A stretch of DNA of 64,000 nucleotides from Alphaproteobacteria bacterium (GTDB lineage Bacteria > Pseudomonadota > Alphaproteobacteria > UBA828), in the NCBI GenBank assembly GCA_963422645.2, contig CAXXVO010000005.1:352001-416000 (forward strand), given 5' to 3'. Below, one piece after another: positions 49,025 through 59,015 of the stretch (positions within the stretch are counted from its first letter, which is position 1; each line of letters opens with the position of its first letter). The notes under the pieces are model-generated. The model ran no database searches. It worked only from the letters and a program-made list of their open reading frames with translations, and had not been told where the DNA came from. The position numbers and the translations under genes are program-made.

Positions 49025-49984
49025 ATGCGGACCATGACGAAAACACTTCTGGCGGCAGTCGCCTTATGCCTGGCGGCGGCCCTGATCGCACCCAAACCCG
49101 TTGGCGCAACCGAGAAGCTGACCCTGATGCTCGACTGGTTCGTCAACCCCGACCACGCGCCCCTCTTCGTCGCTCTGGAAAAGGGTTATTTCGCGGAGGC
49201 CGGCCTGGAGGTCGAGCTGATCGCGCCAGCCGATCCCAACGACCCGCCCAAGCTGGTCGCCGCCGAAAAGGCGGACCTCGCAGTCTCCTACCAGCCCCAG
49301 CTTCACCTCCAGGTGGCTGAGGGGCTGCCACTCGTCAGGATCGCGACGCTGGTCGCAACCCCGCTCAATACGCTGCTGGTGCTCGCAGACGGCCCGATTC
49401 AGTCGATCGCGGACCTCAAGGGCCGCACCGTCGGCTACTCGGTGGGCGGCTTCGAGGACGCGCTGCTCGGCGCCATGCTCGAACGCCACGGCCTCAGCAT
49501 CGATGACGTGACACTGGTCAACGTCAACTTCTCGCTGTCGCCATCGATCCTCTCGGGTCAGGTCGACGCCGTCATCGGCGCCTACCGCAACTTCGAGCTC
49601 AACCAGATGGACATCGAAGGGTACCCGGGCCGCGCCTTCTATATCGAGGAGGAAGGCGTGCCGCCCTACGACGAGCTCATCGTCGTCGCCCACACCGACC
49701 GGCAGGGCGACCCGACGCTCCGGGGCTTCGTCGACGCGCTGGAACGCGGCGTGCAGTTCCTCATCAACCATCCGGACGAGTCGTGGCAGTTGTTCCTGCG
49801 TGGCCGGGAGGAGCTCGACGACGAGCTCAACAAGCGCGCCTGGCGCGACACGCTGCCGCGCTTCGCGCTCAGGCCGGCAGCGCTCGATACCGCGCGCTAC
49901 GAGCGCTTCGCCGCCTTCCTCCAGGCCCAGGGACTAATTCCGGAGGCGCTCCCTGCTTCGGCCTACGCGGTGGAGCTCGATTAG
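49025..49984 (+). CDS. thiY: Thiamine-precursor ABC substrate-binding protein (NMT1/THI5-like)
   Basis: LDWFVNPDH, SYQPQL, YRNFE. Confidence 0.88.
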   Translation: MRTMTKTLLAAVALCLAAALIAPKPVGATEKLTLMLDWFVNPDHAPLFVALEKGYFAEAGLEVELIAPADPNDPPKLVAAEKADLAVSYQPQLHLQVAEGLPLVRIATLVATPLNTLLVLADGPIQSIADLKGRTVGYSVGGFEDALLGAMLERHGLSIDDVTLVNVNFSLSPSILSGQVDAVIGAYRNFELNQMDIEGYPGRAFYIEEEGVPPYDELIVVAHTDRQGDPTLRGFVDALERGVQFLINHPDESWQLFLRGREELDDELNKRAWRDTLPRFALRPAALDTARYERFAAFLQAQGLIPEALPASAYAVELD

Positions 49985-50952
49985 CCCGCCGCATTGAGCC
50001 GATCGGCGAACGCGAGTACCGCACGGGCGAGGGACTGCTTCTCCTCTCGCGCGGTCATCATCGTGGCCGTGACCTCGACCGCGACGCCGGCGGCGGCAAT
50101 TCCGGCCGCCTCGGCCCGGTCGGCCGCGTCGAGCACGAAGCCATCGATCAGCCCGGCGTAGTGTTCGGCGATGGCGGCCGCGCTCGGCGCGATGCCGCGT
50201 TCCGACATCATCTTCGCGGTCGGCCCCTTGACCGCCTGCCCCCCGATGATCGGGGAGATCGCGACCACCGGTGCCTTGCAAGCCGTGAGGGCCGCACGCA
50301 CGCCTGGAAGCGCCAGGATCGGATCGATGCTGATGTAGGGGTTCGACGGGCAGATGATGACGGCGCCGAGATCGGGTGACGTGAGCGCGTCGAAAAAGCC
50401 GGCCGAGGGCCGCGCCTGCTCCGCCCCTTCGTGGCGAAACTCGAGCACGCGGGGACGGCAGCGCTCGCGCACGAAGTAGTGCTGGAAGGCGAGCGGCCCT
50501 TCTTCCGTCTCGACGATGGTGGGAACCGGGTCGTCGCTCATGGGCAGGATGCGCGCCTGGATTCCGAGCTTCGCGCTGAGCGAGGACGTGACGGCGCTCA
50601 GACTCTCGCCCGCCCGCAGCCGCCGGGTGCGCTCTACATGGATCGCGAGGTCCTTGTCGCCGAGGAAGAACCAGGTCTCTCCGCCGAGCGCGCCGAGCGC
50701 CTCAATGAAGGCGCCGCTCTCCCCCGCCCGCCCCCAGCCGGTCTCCGGGTTCGCGAGCCCGGCGAGGGTGTAGGTGAGCGTGTCGAGGTCGGGGCAGACC
50801 TTGAGCCCGAGATGCTCGAAGTCGTCGCCGGTGTTGGCGACGACCGTAAGCCGGCCGGGGTCCTCCAGCACGTCGCAGAGCCCGAGCGCGAGCTTGGCGC
50901 CGCCAACGCCCCCTGAGAGCGCCACGTAGCTGACGTCAGCGGAAGAGGTCAT
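49981..50952 (-). CDS. cofD: 2-phospho-L-lactate transferase (F420 biosynthesis)
   Basis: LSGGVGGAKL, NTGDD, PDLDT, LGDKD, PSNP..SI.PIL, KGP. Confidence 0.92.
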   Translation of the reverse strand: MTSSADVSYVALSGGVGGAKLALGLCDVLEDPGRLTVVANTGDDFEHLGLKVCPDLDTLTYTLAGLANPETGWGRAGESGAFIEALGALGGETWFFLGDKDLAIHVERTRRLRAGESLSAVTSSLSAKLGIQARILPMSDDPVPTIVETEEGPLAFQHYFVRERCRPRVLEFRHEGAEQARPSAGFFDALTSPDLGAVIICPSNPYISIDPILALPGVRAALTACKAPVVAISPIIGGQAVKGPTAKMMSERGIAPSAAAIAEHYAGLIDGFVLDAADRAEAAGIAAAGVAVEVTATMMTAREEKQSLARAVLAFADRLNAAG

Positions 50953-51721
50953 CGGCCTCGGCACGGATGAGCGCGGCGCCGTCGTTGCCCGGACCGGCGG
51001 CAGCGAGGCCGCGCACCACGACCACGGGCATGCCCTCGTCGGCCTCGCCCTGTAGCAGAGAGGCGGCGGCGGCAAGCTCGTCCGCCAGCGCCACCTGCGT
51101 CACCTCGAGCGGGCGGCCGAAGAGATCGTCGCGCCCCCGTAGGTCAAGCAGGGACGGCAACCCTGCGGCACCGAGCGCGAGGCCCACGGTGCCCACCCGC
51201 CAGGCGCGGCCAACGCTGTCGTTCACGATGACGGCGCAATCGACCCCGAGCCTTTGGCGCAGTCCCTCGCGCAGGCGCAGGGCGCTACCGTCCGGGTCGC
51301 GGGGCAGAAGCAACACCCGCTCGTCCCCATCCGCCGGCTCCACGTTGGAATTGTCGATGCCGGCGTTCGCCATGACGAACCCCAGCCGGTGCTCGACGAT
51401 GATCACCCCCGGCCGATGCCGCACCACCCGCCGCGCCTCGCTCAAGATGAGCTCGACCATGCGCGGATCCTTGTCGGTGCGCGCGGCAAGCTCTCGTGCT
51501 TCGGCGCCGGGCTCCACCCCCGCCAGATTGGCGTAGCGACCCTCGCTCTTGGACACGATCTTCTGGGCGATCACGAGGACATCGCCGGCGGCAGCGGCCT
51601 CGTCGACGCGCGCGAAACCGTCCGCGATCAAGACCGCGAGATCGTCGCCGGGCTGGACCATGGGAATGCCCGGCAGCGCGAAGAGGGAGAGCGCGCGGGG
51701 ACGCGGCGGTCGTGGGTTCAT
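50936..51721 (-). CDS. cofE: Coenzyme F420:L-glutamate ligase
   Basis: PGDDLA, QKIVSKSEG, ANAGID.SN, DS.GR.WR.G, ADELAAAA. Confidence 0.92.
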   Translation of the reverse strand: MNPRPPRPRALSLFALPGIPMVQPGDDLAVLIADGFARVDEAAAAGDVLVIAQKIVSKSEGRYANLAGVEPGAEARELAARTDKDPRMVELILSEARRVVRHRPGVIIVEHRLGFVMANAGIDNSNVEPADGDERVLLLPRDPDGSALRLREGLRQRLGVDCAVIVNDSVGRAWRVGTVGLALGAAGLPSLLDLRGRDDLFGRPLEVTQVALADELAAAASLLQGEADEGMPVVVVRGLAAAGPGNDGAALIRAEADDLFR

Positions 51722-52203
51722 TGCGGCGCGCCGCTGCCGCCAGTCGCGTCGCGCGCGCCACCGCCGCCGGCCGCGCTCCAACTGGTCACCCGCTCGATCC
51801 TGATCGCGATCACGGGGAGCGGCGCCAGGTCCATCGCGCGGTACTGCGGATACTTGGCGCAGAGAAGCCGCTGCGCGTCGTCGTGCTCGAAGCCGCTATC
51901 CAGAATCTCCGCGCGGCCGCGCACCATGACCCAGTGGAGCCTCGACCAGTCGTCATCGTCATAGTGATCGGCGGTCAGCGCGACGTGAGGGTTCTCGACC
52001 ATGTTGCGGAGGCGCTTGAGCGGCTTCCCGCTCTTCGGTTTGCGATCGATCGTCATGTAAAGGGAATCGCCCGCAAGGGCGAAGCAGACCGGCCCGACAT
52101 TTGGGATGCCCGCCCCGTCCGCCGTTGCAAGGTGCGCCACCCGCCGCTCCTCCAGGAAGGCGCGCTCGCCCTCCCCGAGGACGGCCGCCTTGCCCTCGCC
52201 CAT
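51718..52203 (-). CDS. PPOX-class (split barrel) putative F420-dependent oxidoreductase
   Basis: VAHLATAD..G.P, D.KPK, RLRN...NP, DHY.DDW..L.WV. Confidence 0.85.
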   Translation of the reverse strand: MGEGKAAVLGEGERAFLEERRVAHLATADGAGIPNVGPVCFALAGDSLYMTIDRKPKSGKPLKRLRNMVENPHVALTADHYDDDDWSRLHWVMVRGRAEILDSGFEHDDAQRLLCAKYPQYRAMDLAPLPVIAIRIERVTSWSAAGGGGARDATGGSGAPQ

Positions 52204-52224
52204 GCCGCGACAGCGCCGCCCGGC

Positions 52225-53091
52225 TCAAATGTCCGCGAGTGCCGTCTTGATCCGCTCGATGGCCTCGATATGGGCACCCGGTGAGGCAAGACCCGAGTTC
52301 ATCGTGTTGACCGAATAGTGTGTGGCGCCGAGTTTCTTCCAGCCCGCTGCGTGCGCCCGCCACTGCTCGGGCGTCTTGTCCAGCACATCGAGCCAGGTTT
52401 CGATCCCGACCTCGCCGGGGTCCCGCCCGGCCTCTCGGATATAGCCCTGGAACTTCTCGACCTCGGCCGCACCCGCCTCGTCCGGCGCGAAGAGCGGGAA
52501 CCAGCCGTCGCCGATCCGGGCGGTGCGCCTGAGCACGGCATCGGCGTGGCCGCCGAACCAGATAGGGATGGGACGCTGAACCGGGAGCGGGTTCAGCCCG
52601 GCATCGGTGATGCGATGATCCTGCCCCTCGAAGGTGATCAGTTCGTTGGTCCAGAGCAGGCGCATGACCTCGATCTGTTCCTCGATGCGCCGCGCGCGGT
52701 CCCCGAAATCCATGCCGAGGGCTTCGTATTCCACGTGGTTCCAGCCGATCGCTACGCCGAGCCTGAGTCTCCCTTCGCAGAGCACGTCGAGCGCCGCCGC
52801 CTGCTTGGCGACCAGCGCGGTCTGACGCTGGGGCAGGATGATGATGCCGGTGACGAACTCGAGCCGCTGGGTGACAGCGGCGAGGAACCCGAACAGCACG
52901 AAGGGCTCATGAAACGCGTCGGTGTGCTCGTAGGGGCCCTTGAGCTCGTGCGTGGCCGCGTTGCCGCCGAGCACGTGGTCGAAGGCGAGGACGTGTTCGT
53001 ACCCCAGCGCCTCGGCCGCCTGCCCGTAGTCGCGAACGACTGCGGGATCGTTGCCGATCTCGGTCTGTGGAAAAACGACGCCAAGCTGCAT
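52225..53091 (-). CDS. LLM-class putative F420-dependent oxidoreductase
   Basis: GVVFPQ.EIG.D, DHVLG, FHEPFVL, LPQRQ..LVAKQAA, GWN..EY. Confidence 0.88.
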   Translation of the reverse strand: MQLGVVFPQTEIGNDPAVVRDYGQAAEALGYEHVLAFDHVLGGNAATHELKGPYEHTDAFHEPFVLFGFLAAVTQRLEFVTGIIILPQRQTALVAKQAAALDVLCEGRLRLGVAIGWNHVEYEALGMDFGDRARRIEEQIEVMRLLWTNELITFEGQDHRITDAGLNPLPVQRPIPIWFGGHADAVLRRTARIGDGWFPLFAPDEAGAAEVEKFQGYIREAGRDPGEVGIETWLDVLDKTPEQWRAHAAGWKKLGATHYSVNTMNSGLASPGAHIEAIERIKTALADI

Positions 53092-53225
53092 TCGGGCCTC
53101 CCTCGCTCTCTGTTGCGCGCGCGGCCGGCGCGGCCGCGGCATACCATGCTATCATGCCCCGTCAGCGCGGCATCGTCGGACATTGGCGGAGCGGCCGCGC
53201 CCCGGCCGGGCAAAGGAGAGATGGG

Positions 53226-53708
53226 ATGGCGGATAGCGACGCGTGGCGCGGCAAAGTCGGCGGTATGACCGACGAAGAGGTCAACGAATTCCTCAAGGAG
53301 CCGCACCTCTGCCGGCTGGCCTGCCTCGACGAGGAAGGTTGGCCCTACATCGTGCCGCTCTGGTATCAGTACCGCGACGGCGGCTTTTACGTCGTCCCGC
53401 GTGCGCGCTCCGTCTGGGCCAAGCACATCCAGCGGGATCCGCGGGTCCACCTCTGCGTCGACATCTGGGAGACGATGCAGAAGGTGATGGCCAAGGGGAA
53501 AGCCGAGATCGTCGAGGAGCCCAACACCGGCGGCAAGTGGGTCGAGGTCGCGACCGAGATGTCGCTGCGTTATCTCGGCGAGAACGGACCGAAATATCTT
53601 GAGCCGACGCTGGTCGAGCCGCGCTGGCTGATCTTCTTGAAGCCCGATTCGCAGATGACCTGGCAGGGCGTGGACTGGGCCAACCGCTACAAGCACGAGA
53701 AGTGGTAG
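53226..53708 (+). CDS. Pyridoxamine 5'-phosphate oxidase-like split-barrel protein
   Basis: RLAC...G.P..VPLWY, RDPRV.LC.D. Confidence 0.8.
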   Translation: MADSDAWRGKVGGMTDEEVNEFLKEPHLCRLACLDEEGWPYIVPLWYQYRDGGFYVVPRARSVWAKHIQRDPRVHLCVDIWETMQKVMAKGKAEIVEEPNTGGKWVEVATEMSLRYLGENGPKYLEPTLVEPRWLIFLKPDSQMTWQGVDWANRYKHEKW

Positions 53709-53794
53709 CAACCGTCGCCGACTGCACGCACCGGCCCGGGCCGGCGGTTGGACCGTAGCACGCCCTAGGGCGCCGGTACCCCAGTACCCGGTAC

Positions 53795-54733
53795 ATGACC
53801 GACGCGGGCGAAGCGCGGGCGAGCGCCGCGGGGGGCACGCCCAGGGTGGGCGTGCTCGCGGTCGCCTATCTCCTGTTCGCAGGCTCGCTCTACGGCCTGC
53901 TCTTCTCGATCAACAAACTCGCGACCACCAACGGGGTGCCGGGTCTCGCCTACGTCTTCTGGCACACGATTGGCGCGGCGCTGATCCTTTGGCTCGGCTG
54001 TCTCGCGACCCGCACGCCGGTCGGTTTCGACCGGGCGCATCTGCGCCTCTATCTCGTCGCCGGCGCGGTCGGGATCGCGATTCCGGTGGCGCTGCTCGCC
54101 CATGTGGCGCCCAAGCTGCCGGCGAGCCTCGTGGTCATGGTCACATGCCTCTCGCCTGCCTGCACCTACCTGATGGCGATGACGCTCCGAATGGAGCGCT
54201 TCCGGCTGCTCAGCTCCGGCGGCGTGGCGCTCGGACTTGCCGGAGTTCTGATCCTGGTGGTGCCAGGCATCACGCTGCCGACCTTCGCGGAGGTAAGCTG
54301 GCTGCTGTTGGCGCTGCTGGCGCCGGTCTGCTTCGCGGCCTTCAACATCGCGGGCGCCCTGCTCTGGCCGCCCAAGGGGCACTCGCTGGGGCTGGCCTGC
54401 GGCATCCAGCTCGGCGGCGCTGTCGTGCTGATCCCGGTGATGCTCGGTACGGGCGAGACCTACCTCTTCCCCGGCCCGCTGCTCGTCGGCGACCTCGCGA
54501 TCCTGGGCGCGACAGGCGTTACCGCGCTGGTTTGGTACTTGATCCTCGAGATCCTCAGGCTGGGCGGCCCGCTCTTCCTCTCGCAATTCGGCTATATCGT
54601 GGTGCTGGCGGGCTTGGGTTGGGGGGCGTTGATCTTCAGCGAACGCTTGAACAGCTCGGCGTGGATCGCGGCGGCCCTGCTGCTGGCGGGCCTCGCGGTG
54701 CTCACGTATTCGAAGCGCCGCAGGCGCGTCTAG
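53795..54733 (+). CDS. DMT/EamA transporter
   Basis: About 10 TM segments in two repeats. Confidence 0.82.
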   Translation: MTDAGEARASAAGGTPRVGVLAVAYLLFAGSLYGLLFSINKLATTNGVPGLAYVFWHTIGAALILWLGCLATRTPVGFDRAHLRLYLVAGAVGIAIPVALLAHVAPKLPASLVVMVTCLSPACTYLMAMTLRMERFRLLSSGGVALGLAGVLILVVPGITLPTFAEVSWLLLALLAPVCFAAFNIAGALLWPPKGHSLGLACGIQLGGAVVLIPVMLGTGETYLFPGPLLVGDLAILGATGVTALVWYLILEILRLGGPLFLSQFGYIVVLAGLGWGALIFSERLNSSAWIAAALLLAGLAVLTYSKRRRRV

Positions 54734-54753
54734 CTCGCGTGGAAGGGGAACGC

Positions 54754-55545
54754 ATGACGATCAGACTGCTTCAGGTCGACACCTTCACCGACCGGGTGCT
54801 GGGCGGCAATCCGGCGGCGGTCTGCCCCCTCGACGCCTGGCTGGACGAGGCGACGATGCAGGCCATCGCGGCCGAGAACAATCTGTCGGAGACCGCGTTC
54901 CTGGTTGCAGAGGGCGAGGGCTATCGCCTGCGCTGGTTCACGCCCAACGTCGAGGTCGATCTCTGCGGCCACGCCACCCTCGCCGCCGCCTTCGTCGTGT
55001 TCGAAGAGCTGAGGCCGGGCGCGGAACGGGTTTCGTTCGAGACGCTCAGTGGCAGGCTCACGGTCGCGCGCAAGGGCGCGGAGCTGGTCATGGACTTCCC
55101 GGCCCAGCCCGCAAGCCCGGCGACGCCACCTGCGGTGCTGGCGCAGGCACTCGGCGCGGTGCCTGCCGAGGCGCTCGCCGGCGCGGACTGGATCGCAGTG
55201 TTCGAGAACGCGTCCCAGGTCGCGGCGCTTCGCCCCGATCAGGCGCTGCTGACCGCGCTTGACCGTCGCGGGGTCGTGGCGACCGCGCCCGGAGACGAGG
55301 GCGACGCGGACTACGTGCTGCGCTTCTTCGCGCCCAAGAACGCCGTGCCCGAGGACCCGGTCACCGGCAACGTGCAGACAGCGCTCGCGCCCTATTGGTC
55401 GGGCCGGCTCGGCAAGCGGCGGCTCACCGTTCGTCAGCTTTCCGCCCGCGGCGGTCGCATGGTCTGCGAGGACCGGGGCGAACGCGTCTCGATCGCCGGC
55501 CGCGCGGTCCTCTACATGAATGCGACCATCTCGCTCGGCCGCTGA
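54754..55545 (+). CDS. PhzF-family isomerase
   Basis: VD.F..GNPAAV, NLSETAF, EVDLCGHATLA, EDPVTG. Confidence 0.9.
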   Translation: MTIRLLQVDTFTDRVLGGNPAAVCPLDAWLDEATMQAIAAENNLSETAFLVAEGEGYRLRWFTPNVEVDLCGHATLAAAFVVFEELRPGAERVSFETLSGRLTVARKGAELVMDFPAQPASPATPPAVLAQALGAVPAEALAGADWIAVFENASQVAALRPDQALLTALDRRGVVATAPGDEGDADYVLRFFAPKNAVPEDPVTGNVQTALAPYWSGRLGKRRLTVRQLSARGGRMVCEDRGERVSIAGRAVLYMNATISLGR

Positions 55546-55566
55546 GAACCGACCGGGCCGGAAGCT

Positions 55567-55911
55567 TCAACCGGCGCAGTCGACGCAGCGGGCGATGGTC
55601 GGGTCGATGGCGAGTCGCTTGGCGGGAATTCGCTCTCCGCAGTCGGTGCAATAGCCGTAGTCGCCGGTATCGAGCCGGCGCAGCGCCGCCTCGATGAGCG
55701 GCAACTTTGCACGGCGGCGCGCTTCCACCGACTGCGCCATCGCCTGCACCTGTATGGCGTCCATACGCGAGACACGGCCGACGCTCTGCTGATCGAGCGT
55801 GACCGGGCGCCGCTCGTCCGCCGCAGCCTCGCTCAGCGCAAGCAGTTCGACGCGCTCCTTTTCGAGGATTTGCCGAATTTTTTTGGGATCGCGGGTGGGG
55901 CGGGCGGTCAT
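55567..55911 (-). CDS. TraR/DksA C4-type zinc finger protein
   Basis: GRVSRMDA, YGYCTDCGE.I..RL..P..RCVDC. Confidence 0.88.
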   Translation of the reverse strand: MTARPTRDPKKIRQILEKERVELLALSEAAADERRPVTLDQQSVGRVSRMDAIQVQAMAQSVEARRRAKLPLIEAALRRLDTGDYGYCTDCGERIPAKRLAIDPTIARCVDCAG

Positions 55912-56070
55912 GGGAGACGTAGGCGCATTACGGTGTCGATTGTAAACGATCACGCGGGGCAAGCGAGGGCGACGTGTCCAAGCGCGTAAATTTTCGCCAT
56001 AGGTGCGGCGCTTGACGCGCTCGCCCGCTCCGCCGCACCCTGCAATGCGCGGCGAAGCGAGGAGAAACCC

Positions 56071-56995
56071 ATGGCGTCGGGAGCATTCGTGGTAACCGGA
56101 TCGGCGGGTCTGATCGGATTCGGTGTTGCGGCCCGGCTCGCGCGGGAGGGGCGCACCGTCATCGGCACCGACCGCATCCAGCCACGAGAGGACGGCGGGT
56201 TTCCCTCGACCGATGCAGAGCTCACCGACGTTCACAAGCTGCACGCCATCTGCGACGCCGATATCGCGGCGATCGTCCATTGCGGCGCGATCTCGGGCCC
56301 CATGCTGGGCCGCGACAACCCGCGCGCGGTGATCGAGACCAACGTCGCGGGCACCGCCAACCTGCTGGAGATCGCGCGTCAACGGGGCGTGCGCCTAGTG
56401 TTCTGCTCGTCCACGTCGGCCTACGGCAACACCGCCACGGGCCTCGATCCCGTGCCCGAGGACGCGCCGCTCGCGGCCGACGACGTCTACGGCGCCACCA
56501 AGGCATCCGGCCGGCGACATCTTGACGCGCGCCTACGTGGCTCAGACCGGACTCGACGCCGCCGTCCTGCGCTTCTCGTGGGTCTATGGGCCGCGCCGGC
56601 GCACTACCTGCGTGGTGCGCGAGATGATCCAGGACGCGCTGGTCGGGCGCGCCACCACGCTTCCCTACGGACGCGGCTTCACACGGCAATACGTGTATAT
56701 CGACGACGTTGTGAGCGCCGTGATCGCGGCGCTCGATGCCGGGGAGATCGGGCCGCAGCGTGCCTTCAACATCACGGGCGGTCAGCGCCTTGAGTTCGGC
56801 GAAATCGTCGACACCGTGCGGCTCGCGGTACCCGAGGCGAACATCACGCTCGGCGAGGGCGTCGATCCTGAGGACCAGAGCCACGGGCGCTTCGACATCT
56901 CCGCGGCTGCGCGCGCCCTCGGTTGGCAACCGCAGATCGCATTTGCCGACGGCGCGCGGAAATACGCCGGCTGGCTGGCAGAGAACTCCGTGTAG
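56071..56995 (+). pseudogene. NAD-dependent epimerase/dehydratase frameshifted by a 4-bp duplication
   Basis: TGSAGLIG, YGATK; CGGC repeated at 56508-56515; removal restores KASGDILTRAY. Confidence 0.82.
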
Positions 56996-57041
56996 AGCCG
57001 GCACCTGTACGAGAGCGATAAGGATCAGAGGGAGGATTGCC

Positions 57042-57836
57042 ATGCTACGCGCCGCAGTAATTGTACCCTTTCCCTATGATGAGGAGGGCCTCGACTACAG
57101 GCGTGCCGAGATGGAGCAGGTCGAGCTCTCCGGCAACGTCACCTTCGACTACAAGCCGCTCAAGGCGGGTCCGATGCACTTCCTCGGCCGCCACGACGAG
57201 ATGCTGGTCGAGTTCGCCATCTTCGAGGCGGGTATCGCGCTGGCCGAGGAGGGCTATGACGCCATCACGGTCAACACCCTGAGCGATTCGGGCGTCGCCG
57301 AGCTTCGCGCGGTGCTGGACATTCCCGTGGTCTCGAACGGCAAGTCGTCGCTGCTCTACGCCCTCACCCTCGGCACGCGCTTCTCGGTGATCGCTCAGAC
57401 CGACCCATCCTATCCGCAGTACACCGACGCCTGGCTCGCCTTTTACAAGAACCTGATGAAGAAGTTCGAAATCTCCCAGTTCTGCACCTCGGTCGAGCTC
57501 TTCGAGGCGAAATCGGACATGAGGGCGCTGTTCTCGGGCCGCGAGGCGGAGGTCTTCCCCAAGATGAAGGAGGCCTGCGAGAGGGGCCTTGCCAAGGGCG
57601 CCGACGTGATCGTCCTCGGCTCCACCACGCTCTCTCAAGCCGGGCCCTATCTCTCGGAGAACCTGCCCGTCCCGGTGGTCAATCCCGGGCCGCTCTCGCT
57701 CAAGATGGTGGAGACGGTGCTGGGCCTCGGCCACAGCCACAGCCCGGTGGCGCACCCGAAGCCGGCCGTGCCACGCCCGAAGATGATCCACGCCATGATG
57801 GACGCCGCGCGCGACCATCAGACAGCGGACGACTAG
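57042..57836 (+). CDS. Asp/Glu/hydantoin racemase family protein
   Basis: EEGYDAI, D.GV..LR..L.IPVV, GADVIVLG, PVVNP. Confidence 0.8.
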   Translation: MLRAAVIVPFPYDEEGLDYRRAEMEQVELSGNVTFDYKPLKAGPMHFLGRHDEMLVEFAIFEAGIALAEEGYDAITVNTLSDSGVAELRAVLDIPVVSNGKSSLLYALTLGTRFSVIAQTDPSYPQYTDAWLAFYKNLMKKFEISQFCTSVELFEAKSDMRALFSGREAEVFPKMKEACERGLAKGADVIVLGSTTLSQAGPYLSENLPVPVVNPGPLSLKMVETVLGLGHSHSPVAHPKPAVPRPKMIHAMMDAARDHQTADD

Positions 57837-57860
57837 GCCGAGCCGGGGCGGCACGAGCGA

Positions 57861-58676
57861 ATGAGCCAGCCATCGACCAAGGGCGATCCCACAGGGGCAG
57901 TCGATCCGGCGACCTGGGACGCCGGACTCTACGACCGCTCCTTCGGCTTCGTCTCCGCATTCGCCACCGACATGATCGATCTGCTCGCGCCCCAGCCAGG
58001 CGAGCGGATCGTCGATCTCGGCTGCGGCACGGGCAAGCTGACGGCGGATATCGCCGCACGCAGTGCCGAGGTCATCGGCATCGACGGCGATCCGGCGATG
58101 GTGGAGCGTGCCCGCGCGCTTCACCCGGACCTCACCTTCGAGCATGCCGATGGGCGAGGTTTCGCCATCGAGGGCCATGCCGACGCGGTCTTCTCCAACG
58201 CCGCCCTGCACTGGATGAAGGAGGATCCCCCGGCGGTGATCGCCTGCGTCGCCCGCGCGCTCAGACCCGGCGGCCGCTTCGTTGCCGAGATGGGCGCGCA
58301 CCGCAACGTGCGAATCATCACCGATGCGCTCTACCAGGCGCTGGCCGAGGAAGGGGTCCCGGCTGAGGAGGTCGACTTCCCCTGGTACTTCCCGCGCAAC
58401 AGCCGCTATGTCGGTTTGCTGGAAGATGGCGGCTTCGACGTAACCCGGCTCCGCTACTTCGCCCGCCCGACCCCGCTCGACGACTGCCCCAACGGCCTCG
58501 CCGACTGGATCGCCATGTTCGGCCGCAACTTCACCGACGCGGCGCCGCCGGGACGCGCTCAGGCAGTCGTTGAGCGAACCGTAGCGCTCACCCGCGACCG
58601 CCTCTGCCCCGACGGCCGCTGGGTCACCGACTACACGCGCCTTCGCTTCATCGCGGTGAAGGTCGCCGACGGATAG
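57861..58676 (+). CDS. Class I SAM-dependent methyltransferase
   Basis: VDLGCGTG, DAVFSNAALHW, LRPGGRF. Confidence 0.9.
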   Translation: MSQPSTKGDPTGAVDPATWDAGLYDRSFGFVSAFATDMIDLLAPQPGERIVDLGCGTGKLTADIAARSAEVIGIDGDPAMVERARALHPDLTFEHADGRGFAIEGHADAVFSNAALHWMKEDPPAVIACVARALRPGGRFVAEMGAHRNVRIITDALYQALAEEGVPAEEVDFPWYFPRNSRYVGLLEDGGFDVTRLRYFARPTPLDDCPNGLADWIAMFGRNFTDAAPPGRAQAVVERTVALTRDRLCPDGRWVTDYTRLRFIAVKVADG

Positions 58677-58715
58677 CAGAGTCGCGAAAACACGCAGCTG
58701 CCTCACAATTCACAG

Positions 58716-58750
58716 TTGATGTTTGATGCGTGATGAGTCAGCATCATACT
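58716..58750 (+). promoter_or_regulatory. Putative vapBC promoter/operator
   Basis: TGATG at 58717, 58724, 58731 and inverted CATCA at 58742; TTGATG..16 bp..CATACT. Confidence 0.55.
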
Positions 58751-58769
58751 GTTTCGATGGGGACCTGCG

Positions 58770-59015
58770 ATGCGAACGACCCTGAACATCGACGACGATG
58801 TGCTCATCGCCTTGAAGGAACTCGCCAGACGTGACTCCAAGTCATTGGGTGACGTGATCTCGAGCCTGTTGCGCCAATCCCTGACGCATGGGCACGCGGA
58901 CGGAAGGGCAAAATCTGGCCAAGAGTCCGAATTCGGCTTTCGTCCCTTCCCCAAGCGCGGCGGGATCATTACCAACGAGTTAATCGACCGTTTGCGCGAG
59001 GAAGCCGGCGACTGA
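58770..59015 (+). CDS. vapB: VapB-type antitoxin (RHH/CopG-like)
   Basis: MRTTLNIDDDVL..KELA..SLG.VIS.L; coupled to PIN gene. Confidence 0.85.
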   Translation: MRTTLNIDDDVLIALKELARRDSKSLGDVISSLLRQSLTHGHADGRAKSGQESEFGFRPFPKRGGIITNELIDRLREEAGD

